DNA from: Octopus bimaculoides
Taxonomy: Eukaryota
Length of the DNA: 47,567 nucleotides
Direction: 5' to 3'
Assembly (NCBI RefSeq): GCF_001194135.2
Contig: NC_068983.1
Location: forward strand, 81,657,411-81,704,977
A program made the translations under genes and the position numbers. Position 1 is the stretch's first letter. Each line of letters starts with the position of its first letter. The notes under the pieces are model-generated. The model was not told the DNA's origin and made no database searches. It saw nothing but the letters and a program-made list of their open reading frames with translations. Shown here piece by piece: positions 1-11,940 of this stretch.

Positions 1-653
1 GTATGCGTATGTATGTGTCTGTGCGCGTATTAGTGGATATATATGTAGCGGATGAAGATTATTTTTGTATCCGTTGAAATTGTTTTGTAACGGCAAGTTG
101 TAGGATGTGAAAGACGATCGATGCATGAAGTTTTAAGAAAGTATTTATTTACCGTTACGTTGAAAACACCTTGCCTCGTCGGGCATGTTATAAAATCCGA
201 GAGTATGTGAAAGAAAGTTAGATGTGGTAGAATTTTTCTTCGTATAGTTTTGCGTACACGTTGTTAGTAGTAATCCACAGACAACGATAGAATGATGTTG
301 TAAGAGAACAGAATTAGAGTTAGAGAAATTTGTAGGGTCGTGGAACGTTGTCTCATAGTTGCTGACAGTAAATTTCATTTCTCTACCTGGCTATTGTCTT
401 TAGTAGCCGCCTTGCTTATGATCATGATTGAGTTGTCAAGAGCCATACATATGGACACATGTTTGCATGTTTACACATCTGCATGTATGTGTGATCAAAT
501 ACATGAATATGCACCAATTTTAACCAGGAAGATAAATCCAAATTCATCTCACTATCCACATAGAGAGGGAAAGCGAAAGCTCAATGCGCGCATATAATGT
601 AAATGTAACTGGCACCCCTTAGCAAATTGATATGTTTTTATGGATAAAATCAT

Positions 654-954
654 GAAGGCGCCTGGTGTAGTTGACAGAGTGTTGCACTTACGATCACTAA
701 ATCGTGGTTTCGATTCTCGGACCGGGCTGTCTGCTGTGTTCTTGAACAAAACTCTTCATTTTACGTTGCTCTGCGATCTCTTCGACAGCTGACATGTGGC
801 ATACCGCGCACTTGTTTAGGCAACATCGATTTGATAGAGAAAGTTATCTTAAGTACAGCAAAAACATTTGATTACTATTAACAAAACAACTGCGTGAGTT
901 GTTCGGCATGTAATTGTGGATCCCTCATCAGTCATCTACGACAGAAAAGTGTCC
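654..954 (+). mobile_element. tRNA-derived SINE (family C here)
   Basis: A-box-like TGGTGTAGTTG and B-box-like GGTTTCGATTC, then TGTGTTCTTGAACAAAAC core. Same body occurs reverse-complemented at 34318-34616. Confidence 0.75.
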
Positions 955-990
955 ACGAGGTAAAATCATATTTTAATATTATTAGCCGAT

Positions 991-1117
991 GAAGGCGACT
1001 AGCTGGCAGAGTCGTTAGTCCGCCGGACAGATGTTTAGAGGTATTTCGTCCGTCTTTACGTTCTGAGTTTAAATTACGCCGATGTCGACTTTGTCCTTCA
1101 TTCTTTTGGATAGGTAA
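991..1117 (+). mobile_element. tRNA-derived SINE, 5' part (family D here)
   Basis: GGCGACTAGCTGGCAGAGTCGTTAG...TTACGTTCTGAGTTTAAATT head shared with copies at 1595, 4866, 21503 and 21712. CpGs retained. Confidence 0.75.
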
Positions 1118-1219
1118 CTTGGTGAGGTTCGTGAGCACGTTTGGCTGTTCCAACGCATCAGCCTCGCCATCACTCGCGGCAACGCTGCAAGCGTGCTGGT
1201 GTGTTTCAATAGCCATTAG
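1118..1219 (+). pseudogene. C-terminal remnant of a CRE-like (restriction-like endonuclease) non-LTR retrotransposon ORF
   Basis: My translation gives LGEVREHVWLFQRISLAITRGNAASVLVCFNSH*, matching the FQRxSxAxxRGNAxxL C-terminal motif I recall from CRE-type elements. Confidence 0.6.
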
Positions 1220-1553
1220 AAAGGTTTCCCAGCGCCCCCAACTTTTCAACCTATGGTAGTGAATTGTTTTGTTTTTTGTTTTTTCTCTTTTTTCTTTCCC
1301 TTTTTCCCTCTTTCATTTTAATTTTTTTTCTTCTTTCTTTTTAATTTTTGCAATTGTGTTCTCTGTTTTGTCTAATTTTCTAATTTGATTTTGTAAAACG
1401 GTAAACACTGTGAAGGCAATATATACAACTTTGCATGAGAGACACACACACAAAAAAAAGTACCATTTGAGTGTCATTGGAGAGAACACATAGAAAATTC
1501 CAAACTGGTTTTCGAATTTTGGCCAAAAATCTAGGTAGTGATTCGCTTCCTAC

Positions 1554-1593
1554 GTATGTATGTATGTATGTATGTATGTATGTATGTATGTAT
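1554..1593. repeat. (TATG)n microsatellite
   Basis: Direct reading. Confidence 0.95.
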
Positions 1594-1594
1594 A

Positions 1595-1785
1595 AAGTGA
1601 GCTAGCATAATCATTAGCACACCGAACAAAATACTTAACGGCATTTCTTTCGACTCTTTGTGTTCCGAGTTCAAATACTGCCGAAATCCTTTCCCTGTTT
1701 TGTGATCGATGAAGTTAAACATCAATCAGAGTTGATGTAATCGACTAACATCCTCCTCCTCTAAGAAAAAATTCCTGCCTTTTTT
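1595..1785 (+). mobile_element. SINE family D, diverged
   Basis: GAGCTAGCATAATCATTAGCAC...GAGTTCAAAT...GATGTAATCGACT, colinear with other family D copies. Confidence 0.65.
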
Positions 1786-2059
1786 TGCCAAAATTTGAAA
1801 CAAAGAATGTGTGTAATATAAACGGTCAAGAGTTGTGTATTCAGAACATACTACGGCGGGTGGGGGTGAAAAACCAACAAAAACAGATATAATCGCCTGT
1901 AGGGATTGAACCACGTATCTGTCCGACTGCGATAACAGTTGCTCAAATCGCCCCACCCTTCACTCCTTACCATCAAAATTAGCACAAGTAAACAAACTGG
2001 GAACCAGTTACCATTGTTTACCTTCGTTTGAATCACACAAACTTCAATGAAATTTTTTC

Positions 2060-2097
<38 letters not shown>

Positions 2098-4865
2098 TCT
2101 TTCACATACATATATTTTGGGTTCTGTAAATTGTATTTGTTTTTTAACCACCAACTGATTAGTAAGTTTTGACATGTGTTAATTTCGATCAGTTTTTGCT
2201 ACATATCCTATGTATTCAACCACAAATAACTGTCATTATTGTTATTACACTGAGTGACATATTGCTGTCGTATTGCCAAAAGTAAGCTGATTAACTTGAC
2301 CTCAGTGCTGAGGTTAAATCGTAAGCTGCTTATTGTGCGTAGTATAAACTACCTTGATCAATTGTTGATAATGTTTCTTCTCTTTAAACATGACAGAATC
2401 CATCTTAAACAAATATTGGTTCACATCGTTTGACGGGAGAACATTTAAATAATATATTGTATTTGTATTTTGAATTTTTTTTTCTTTTATTTCTCGGTTA
2501 TTGGATTTCATACTGGAGACTGGCACGTTTAGGAACGAATTATGACTAAAATTCTTGAGATCCAATACATTGCATGATAATTTCATTTAGTATTTACGCT
2601 AAATCTCTAAGACTCATATCTCTATTCTAGCTGTTCCTAATAAAATATGATTTTGGATATATTCAGTCCAAAAGTCTTTATAGTTTGTGTGTGTGTATGC
2701 ACGAGCGCGTGCCCGTGCACACACTCGACTTAGAAAACGAAGGGCAGTGCCTATATAATCCTTTTTGAAGGACTTACATAACTAGTATGACAAGAATGAA
2801 ATCATGACACACGAACTGCTTTTGTAGTGAACAGTACATCATTATATCGAGTGGACAGAATGGATTCAGCTAAAAACACTCGATGACCAAATGAAATGTT
2901 AGTCCCAGTGCCGGAGGCCTATTACTCAAATTTAATTCCCATTTAATTTAATTTGGTAGTAAGGCGAAATTTCTAATACTCATCTATATTTTAGCTGCGC
3001 AAATAAAATACGTTTTAGAAGATATTTTATTTTAATTAAAATTCCCATAATTTTATATATATTTCTTCTTTATTGAGAACATAGTTGCAATCTCACGGTT
3101 GAGATTGCATAGAAATTTAAGTACCGTAAAAAATGAAAATGTGAAATAATAGATAAAATGCTTTTTTTTTCCCATTACAATCACAAATTGGGAAAAATAC
3201 ACTCTTTACTGGTTGATAAATCGGTTTAGCTGTGGCACGCTATGACTGCCCAAAATAAAATGTACCCGACATAGGTTTCCATTTTGACGTACAGAAAAAG
3301 AACGCACATACAGAGAAAAAGGATTCGTTACAAATATACTAAGAAAAGGTTGAATGTTATAAGTATGTAAATGCTATATTATAGAACTTGAACACAACCT
3401 TCTACAAAGTTTATCGCTTATATATATCTCACTGTAGTTACACGTAGTATAACTGTATGTGTGCTTAATACATGTGAAACCTACAAATGAATCGGCAGTG
3501 ATGTTTGCCTTTTAGCTTACATACATATATGGAGCTGCATTCACGTTAAGTGATGATCTTGATAAAAACTTAATTGGAAGAATGAAATATATAGACAAGA
3601 GTTCTGCATTGTGAAAACTGCAATTTGTGAAAGGTGAGAAGTTTTGCTAACGATGTTAAACTCTCGATTGATCTTAGTGTGAGTTCATAATGCCCTCTGT
3701 TGAAACTGAGTTTGTCGCCGTTTTGCATGAGCGTTACCTGAAAACCCGGTAAAAGTGTGCACAGGATAAATATTTTGTAACTGATTCGATGTAAAAGACG
3801 ACTGGTCATCCGGTAACTTTCAGCTGGTCTACATACCTAACAACTACTCTTAACGAATGCATGGATTTGGTTATAACTTGATCACAAAATTCCGACTGAT
3901 CCTGAAAGTAACGAGGTAGATTTGGTCGTAAGTGAACTCGGTGAATTAGTTGATTAATCGAGAAAGATCCTTATGTAGGTTTGTGCTGGCGCCAGTTGGT
4001 CTGAGTAGGAAAAAAATCTAACTGTAAATCTAATTATTTAAGTCCGCATCACAAGCATACCACAAATATAATGAGGTAAGACATTCACTAAAATCTTGAT
4101 ACTTCTCAACTATTTCTTACTTCAATGGAAACATTTCAGATATTGTAAATAAATGATTTTAAACAATTTTTCTATCCGTTCATTGCAAAAATATCTGATG
4201 GAATTGTAGCAGAACACATTCATTTTATTGTTAATATTAGACATCTTGTCAATTTGGCTGTTTTATCCTTAAATATTGGTAAATCGGCTCACCAGAGCTT
4301 TTCAAAGCATCATGTCGCATGCCCCATTTGTTGGCCAAATTAGTTGCAGGTATTGGTTGGTTTTAACAGTCCAATGGTGAGTTTACAACAAAGTTTGTTC
4401 CCAACGCGGGAAAAAAGCATTTTTTCCTGTGAAGCCTACCCTTGGTCATAAAAACACGAGTTTCTTCCGCTTTTGGTCAGTTTTGGACAAGCTGCCATTG
4501 ACCAGATAACAGCCAGTCTCACAGCTTTCTTCAACCTCTTATCGCCCGTCTTCCTCGTTGCAGCAACAGACAGCAGACCACAGCCACATCATCAGACCCA
4601 GCAGAACTGAAATCATTTGAATACTTGTTCCAGACTGTAGTATTACTATCAATCTCTTTGGCAATCTTCTATTATAATAATGAGACGAATAACTCGTAGC
4701 TTTTTCAACTTAAACAAATCTTATCGTTCTTCTTTCCACACCACATCATTATAAATGGTGATCTATAAATCTCTTCCCGTTATAGAATTAATCAACTATG
4801 CCTTTTCTCCATAAATTGATGACTTTGTACCTATATAAGATATCGTCGTTTTTAGTATTACTGCA

Positions 4866-5070
4866 AAGGCGGCGTGAGTCAGAATTAATAGAATCTTTGC
4901 GGCATTTCGCTCGCTTTTATGTTCTTAGTTAAAACGTTGCCAAGGTCTTTGCTTTTCATCCTTTCGGGGTGATGAAATAAGTACCAGTTGGCTACTGAGG
5001 TTGGTGTAATCGACTAGTACCCCCCCCCCTCAGAATTTCATGCTTTGTGCCTATCATAGAAAGGATTATT
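4866..5070 (+). mobile_element. SINE family D, near full length
   Basis: TTTCATCCTTTCGGGG...AATAAGTACCAGT...TAATCGACT...TTGTGCCTATCATAGAAAGGATTATT tail. Confidence 0.75.
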
Positions 5071-5846
5071 GCAATATTTCTTCTTGCTCATTACTTTCTG
5101 CACTCATATCCTGCTGATGTTAGTTTTGCCTGTTATCTCTCCGTGGTCAATAAAATAAAGTACTCAGGTAGTAGGGTCAATGTAACACCTTCTCCTCGAA
5201 ATTGCTGGCTTAGAAACAATTACTACTTTCGTTTTCAAACTTTGAAGAACACAAATGGTATTACATAGTTGTTCGTTCGTTTGAGTTAATTTTCCCAACG
5301 AAGGCAGGAATTTTTGACGTTCCATTTGTAGAAGATATTGTCAGAAGGGAGAGAGTATCGACATCTCTTCATATTCAAACTAAATAGGGGAGTTATATTG
5401 TCATTTTTCTTTATCGTTTGCTCGGTGGGTAGATAAACATTTTCAGACATGTCAACAAAACCGTTGACAGTTGAAAACGAATATGTGGTGATGTAGTCAC
5501 TAGGGGAGGGATTATGACATTGCAAAAGGTTATGTCTGTCGGCTGCGTCAATGAATTTTCTTTCGAAAACGTAAACAAATTTTTTTCCTCAGAAAATTTC
5601 GATTAAAATTAGTAAAAAAAAAAACAAAAAAACATGTAAATATTGACGCTGCCAACATCATTGGTACCAGGCAATACAGCAGTAAGACTAGAAATGGAAT
5701 TGATATCAACAATAGAACAACAACATTAAAAGCGACAGAAACAACGATAACAGTACAAAGGAAGATGACAATGTTACAACCAAAAACTACAGCATCAACG
5801 AGAAAGCTTGTGTATGACAACTCACCCTTGTAGAAATAGCAGTCAC

Positions 5847-5877
5847 ATGTTCAAATTACGCCCTACTTCTGAAAAAG
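5847..5877 (+). CDS. Candidate first coding exon (MFKLRPTSEK, phase 1), unverified
   Basis: ATG at 5847 with an open frame to a strong donor AAAG|GTAAGT, at the edge of the CpG-rich zone. No downstream exon could be linked, and the opposite strand also has splice-like signals here. Confidence 0.2.
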
Positions 5878-7017
5878 GTAAGTCCCGAAATAAATAATGC
5901 AGTCGTAGATTTACTACTTGTGTGTATGTGGGATATACCACTCTTCCTCCTCCTTTTCCTCCTCTCCTCCTCCTCCTCATCATCATTATTACTAGCTGGA
6001 GCAACAAAAACAAGGGCAGCACCAACACGACAACTACATGAAAATCCACTATTTTGCCAGTTACTAGTTACTGGACTTAGTATCCACTTCAATTCAAGGA
6101 TGTGGACCAGTAAGTTTTAGAAGTATAAGTTTTGCTGTGGAGATTTAAGATATAGCAAAGCCTAGAATCAAAACCTTTACTGCTTTAGTAACTAGGAACA
6201 GACCACACGTCGATCAGGTGACATGCCTTAACTATCAGCCAATCAGCCTGCAGATACATCACCCCATATTACAGAATGTTCTGTCATGTTCCAGAGGTTC
6301 TTGTGTGAAAATTGGTTATAGAAGCATAAGTGTGTGAAAGCACAGCAGAGGAGTGAAAAGAAGTGAAGAGCAACACACATAGACAACTGGACCCTTAAGC
6401 AGACAAGTTTTCTTGGTTGCAGCTCAACCCTGGATTAAAGGAATCATGGATTAAGAAGAACAGTATTTTTTCCACCTCTCATGTGAAGCCTTTCTTTTCT
6501 GTTATTAATGTAATTATGAAGTCTATTTGCTTCTGGCATGCCACAATACACCAATGGCAAGCAACATACTCCTGTAAAAATAAATATTATTTAAACAATG
6601 TTGGAATGGATTTCATTGTGGGACAACATGCAGTCTAACATCATGTCAATATATTGACACCCACTTAACCAAAGCTGTAAATGAAACATGTCTGAAATGG
6701 TTTCGTGTATCTGCTAGGCTAATTAATCATTAATCCATCATTAATCATTGCTAATATTGTCTTTTTCATGCTGTATTATTTTTAATTAGATTTTAAATAC
6801 TCACTGCTTTAGACATAGAAGCTCTGACTTAACTATTGCTTTTCATGCAGATGATGTCACTGAGTAATTTATTCAAAATATTTTTATATTAAGAGTTGTG
6901 GAATGATACAGAGGACAGACTAAACTGTTGGCTGGGACAAACAGGAGAAAATAATTTCTAATTTCTAAATCCTTTCCATCTTTCATTATATTTATACTGT
7001 GCCGGTAACCTGTAAAT

Positions 7018-7330
7018 CAGTGCTTCTCAAACTATCTGATGTGGTGTACCGGCAGTATTTTTTCCAATGTGCCAGGACCAGTAATATTTCTTAGTAATAT
7101 TAATTTATACTGAAAACAATAATATATATATAATGGATATAATAAAAATTGACAATTTCTTTTTATCACATATTTATTTTGTAAACAAATAATACAATAT
7201 TACATAAGCATTTAAAATGCATTTTATAATCATGTTACGTTTCTTTTTTTTCTGGAAACTTGCCGTGTACTGACAGCTGATGGCTCATGGACCAGCACCG
7301 GTCTGCGGACCACCACTTTCAGTAGCACTG
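7018..7330. mobile_element. hAT (Charlie-like) MITE
   Basis: TIRs CAGTGCTTCTCAAACT ... ACTTTCAGTAGCACTG. 8-bp TSD CTGTAAAT/ATGTAAAT (7/8, central TA). Confidence 0.85.
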
Positions 7331-7741
7331 ATGTAAATGACACCTGTGCATCGTAGTTGTGGTCACTGCTGGTGCCATGTAAATGACATCCATGCATCAT
7401 AGTAGTGGTCATTGATGGTACCTGTGAATTGTCATGGTCATTGTCGGTACCATGTAAATGGACAGCAAATACTTTTTATGGGCAATTTGATTTTATATAT
7501 GTTTTTTAATTGAAATCTTTTAATTGACAATAAACCTATTTATTAAATACTGTTAAATAAATAAATGTAAAAATATGTTATTTTAAGCAAATATTTATGT
7601 ATAAATTTCATAAGCGTTTATAAGGGGTTCCCTAAGGTAAAACCTGAAATATAAAGGGGTCCGCAAATCAAATAGTTTGAAAACCCCTGGTCTAACCCAT
7701 GCCAGCATGGAGAGTGGACGTTAGATGGTGATGATGACGAC
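7331..7741 (+). mobile_element. RTE-type 3' UTR remnant (~46-bp internal repeats, AACCCATGCCAGCATGG...TGATGATG tail) interrupted by a hAT right end at ~7464-7689
   Basis: CATGTAAATGAC repeat units; TIR GTTTGAAAACCCCTG ending at 7689; tail shared with 12515, 23721, 30274 and 37078. Confidence 0.65.
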
Positions 7742-9109
7742 CTGTTTCTTCACATTAGTGTTAACAAATAATATTTAAAAAAAAACTGTTTCTAAATGTT
7801 GTAAATTGTGGAATAGTGAATGTTGTACAACTTAAGACTTTTCATACACACCGTGGTCAAGATTTATTTTTTGTTTTTATTACAAATATATTCAAGCCTT
7901 ATCTTAATGGATAATGCCATCCATGTTCATGCTTTACACAAGTTCCACATAGCAAGAGGCACCTAAAGGATTTCAACATAGAAAAATAAAATTAGAAAAA
8001 TAAAATTAACCAAAGTTGGGAGTAGCGACAGCAGCTAGTATCTGTCAGAAATACAAACTACAGGGATGCAATGCAAGGATGCTGCAGCTGCAATACTACT
8101 AGCCCAGCCCAGCCCACTTTGAGAATGGACTGGATAAAAAAGTCACCTAAACTTTAACATTGGCTCCTGAAGTAAAAAGATGTGATTAAAAAGATGGAAT
8201 ACCTTTAATCGTAGATATGCTCAATCAAAATTGACCTGAATTTTAAAAACTACATTATAAAACAACATTTGACAAAATAAGCAAGTAGTTTCTAACAAGA
8301 CTGAAGCATGTCTTTGCTGGAATGCTGGATTTGTGGAGAGCTCATCAAAATTTGGTTGACTTTCCTGGGGTCATGAAATAAGTGTTATTGCATTAGGAAG
8401 AGATGGGATTCTGATAATTTTGGTTGGACTCTCCTTTTGAGTGTCACAGTTTTACTTAAGAAAAGGTGACTAGAGCTATTTGGCAACAGAAGCAACAACA
8501 ACTGTAGTGGCAACAATAAAATCAACAACAACTACAACAACAAAAAAAAAGCTGTAATGTTTATTAAAAAAAGGAAAAAGAGGTGAATATGACATGTAAA
8601 AAAATATACAAGTTTATTTATGAGATAAAGAAAGAGAAAAAACATTCTGTACATAAAACGCTCTTGCAAATTACGTAGAAGTCTTTCTTCGGAAAGAGGA
8701 AATCATTTAATAATTTTTATTACCATGCCTAATACAAAAACAAAGGTAAAATGAAAATTTTTAATTGAATTACAATTATATGAAACAAAATTGATAAAAT
8801 GGGAAATAAAGGACATGCTATGCTAGTGTATTTTCAATAAAACTGAACCCACCTGCTTTTAATATCATTCATGTTTCATTGTATACTAGAAGAGAGGAAG
8901 AAGAATAGTGGGGAATTATTAACATAGGGCAGAAGAAAAGTGACTATAGGAAAAAAAAAAAAAAAAACCTGGAAAAAATTAAATATAACCACTGCAGACA
9001 GGCAACACAAAAAACAAGAAGGATTTTTAAAATGCAGACAAAAGCAGATCAAACCCATTTATGTTGGTATATATAATGTGTCTGCATAGCAGAGAATTTT
9101 ATTGCATTC

Positions 9110-9546
9110 ATACACATACATGAACAAACACACACACGTGCACACACACACACGTGTGTGTGCGTGTGTAAATATGTAAATATATATATATGTATATATG
9201 TGTCTATATTTCTATCTATCTATCTATCTATATGTATATGAATATATGCATGTACATGTGTGTATATATATTTATGCATATGTATTTATATACATGTACA
9301 TACATAAGTGTATATATATATAATGTCAGTGCACCAACATAGCTGCAGCTCTTGGGCTGAAACTAGCAAAGAGAAAAAATATATATGTATGCATGTTATG
9401 TATTTATATATATATATATATATATATGTACATGCATACATATATATATGTATACATGTATTTTATCTATGTGTACGTACACACACATATGCATGTATAT
9501 GTATGCTTATCAGTATGTGTATGAACGTGCATGTATGCAGGCATGT

Positions 9547-9582
<36 letters not shown>

Positions 9583-9640
9583 ATAGATAGATCGAGAAAT
9601 AGACAGACAGACAGATAGATAGATCTATGCATAAGTACCA
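9110..9640. repeat. Compound microsatellite (CA/TA/TCTA/TAGA)
   Basis: Direct reading. Confidence 0.9.
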
Positions 9641-10205
9641 CACATTATAACAAATCACCCATTACATATAAATTAGGTGAAAAGAAGTTTGAAAATAAAG
9701 GAACAATTGAAAGATGAAAAGAAACCTGATGAGAAATTTTCTAGCAGAATCTGTTATGTCCCTGGAGCATATCACTAAATTAAATATACAATCTATATGA
9801 AAACCAAATGCTGTAATTTAATAGCATAATAGAAACACCGTAATATATATACAGATAAAGTTCTTTCTAGTATTTCTGTTAATTTCAGTGTATTCTCTAT
9901 TATAGTAATACAATTATAGCTGGTTTTCTCTGTATTACTATAGCTAAGTTGGAGCAAAGGCATGTGGGCAAATGGTTAGCAGTGTTCAGCTCATGATCAA
10001 GAAATCATGTGTTCAATTCTTGTACTAAGCAGTGTATGATACTTCATTTCAAGTTACCCCTTTTCTACTCAGCTGTAATGAGCACTTATAAGGGTTCTGC
10101 TGCAATCCTCTCTTTCCCTCCAGTTGTTTTACATCCTAGATCACCCACTGAGTCAGAAGGGAGGACATCAAGAGGGTATCAACAATAAAAGTAATGCTAA
10201 CGTGC

Positions 10206-10595
10206 AGGAGTGGCTGTGTGGTAAGTAGCTTGCTTACCAACCACATGGTTCCAGGTTCAGTCCCACTGTGTGGCACCTTGGGCAAGTGTCTTCTACTATA
10301 GCCTCGGGCCGACCAAAGCCTTGTGAGTGGATTTGGTAGACGGAAACTGAAAGAAGCCCATCATATATATGTATATGTATATATATATGTGTGTGTTTGT
10401 GTGTCTGTGTTTGTCTCCCCAACATCGCTTGACAACCGATGCTGGTGTGTTTATGTCCCCGTAAGTTAGCAGTTCGGCAAAAGAGACCGATAGAATAAGT
10501 AGTAGGTTTACAAAGAATAAGTTCTGGGTCTACTCCAGCATGGTCGCAGTCAAATGACTGAAACAAGTAAAAGAGTAACAGAGTAAAGAGAGTAA
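10206..10595 (+). mobile_element. Bipartite tRNA/CORE-like SINE (family A here), full length
   Basis: A box TGGCTGTGTGGT, B box GGTTCAGTCCC, CORE-like CACCTTGGGCAAGTGTCTTC, internal (TA/TG)n, 3' module ending GCAGTCAAATGACTGAAACAAGTAAAAGAG. Confidence 0.9.
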
Positions 10596-10994
10596 TAAAG
10601 GTAAAATAATTAGTTCGTTAAGGCACATCACCATGTTTTGTGATATAAATTTCCCAAATAAAGCACTGATACACAAAATTATTAACATAATAACAAACAA
10701 GCGCACTCAGAGAGTGAAAACCTCCACCAGGGCAACATCAAGATCCTCTCCATCATTCAGTAACTGATAAAATATTTCTTGATAATTTTTTTCATTAATA
10801 TCTGGTATCTTACTTAGACAAAATAGCAATTCTTGTAGGGAGAGATTCCAGTTGCTTAAATCCATTGCCTGTTAAGTGTTGGGGATAATAAATCTGACTT
10901 TTCACTTTTCCTCAAAATACATGGTTTTGTACTTATGTTACAGGTTCTTATTACCCAAACTAATTTATATTGGATTGGCTTTAAAATATTTCAC

Positions 10995-11320
10995 CTTCTT
11001 CTTCTTCTTCTTCTTCTTCTTCTTCTTCTTCTTCTTCTTCTCCACCTTTCATTTCTGTTTGTCGTTGCTGTTGTTGTAGTTGTTGTTCTTCTTCTTCTTC
11101 ATTTAGTTGTTTTTCTTTTTCTTTCATTTCTGTTTGTTGTTGTTGTTCTTCTTGTTCTTCTTGTTGTTGTTGTTGTTGTTGTTCTTGTTCTTCTTGTTGT
11201 TGTAGTTCTTCTTTTTCTTCTTCTTCTTCTTCTTCTTTTTCTTCTTCTTTTTCTTTTTCTTTTTCTTCTTCTTTTCCTTCTTCTTTTTCTTCTTCTTTTT
11301 CTTCTTCTTCTTTCCCCCCA
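10995..11320. repeat. (CTT)n/(GTT)n trinucleotide tract
   Basis: Direct reading; it explains four spurious ORFs. Confidence 0.95.
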
Positions 11321-11605
11321 CCTCTTCCCCCCACATCCTTCTCCTCCTCCCACCCCTGCTATATCCAGATCAATAAGACATGTAATACAAATATCCACCT
11401 TGCAATAGAATATACCTTTAATTAAACCTTTCTTTATCTGACACTTCTTTTTCACTCTACTTATTCCTCTTTTCCTGGCCCTTTTTCACATCTCCGCCCC
11501 CAAATTACCCCTGTGTATCATTGTATGTTATCTATAGCATGATTTACACCAGTGAATGTGATCAAATTAAACTTGTTTCTCAATTTTTTTTCTAAAAGTC
11601 AAAAT

Positions 11606-11731
11606 AACATCAGTTTGAAATGCTCAAAATTTCAACTCCATTGATATTACGGCTTACATACATACATATATACATACATACATACACACATGCATGCACA
11701 CACACACACATACACACATATACTCACACAC

Positions 11732-11770
<39 letters not shown>

Positions 11771-11858
11771 GATATATATCTGTGTGTGAGTATATGTGTG
11801 TGTGAGTATATGTGTGTGTGTGTGCATGCATGTGTGTATGTATGTATGCATGTATGTA

Positions 11859-11890
<32 letters not shown>

Positions 11891-11940
11891 AGCCGTAATA
11901 TCAATGGAGTTGAAATTTTGAGCATTTCAAACTGATGTTT
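11606..11940. repeat. Fold-back inverted duplication at a contig end
   Basis: AACATCAGTTTGAAATGCTCAAAATTTCAACTCCATTGATATTACGGCTTACATAC is repeated as an exact reverse complement just before the gap. Confidence 0.9.

Noticed and set aside
145-378. Minus ORF ending MPDEARCFQRNG with donor G|GTAAAT
   Set aside because: Plausible exon at the window edge, but no homology or linked exon; too weak to call.
890-935. Minus-strand CTGATGA-GG...CC-GAAC
   Set aside because: GAAC instead of GAAA, no stem III, lies in a SINE tail.
1891-1957. tRNA-like B box on the minus strand (also ~6160-6250)
   Set aside because: No cloverleaf; decayed SINE heads. No true tRNA, rRNA or CRISPR array seen in the window.
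9726-9845. CTGATGA ... GAAACACCGTA
   Set aside because: No stem II or stem I pairing.
10535-10575. SINE A tail hairpin AGTCA-AA-TGACT followed by GAAACAAGTA, resembling a hammerhead 3' half
   Set aside because: No CTGAnGA upstream in any copy; more likely a LINE-recognition stem-loop.
10876-11455. Long poly-L/E/R/K ORFs
   Set aside because: Translations of the (CTT)n/(GTT)n tract, open in many frames.
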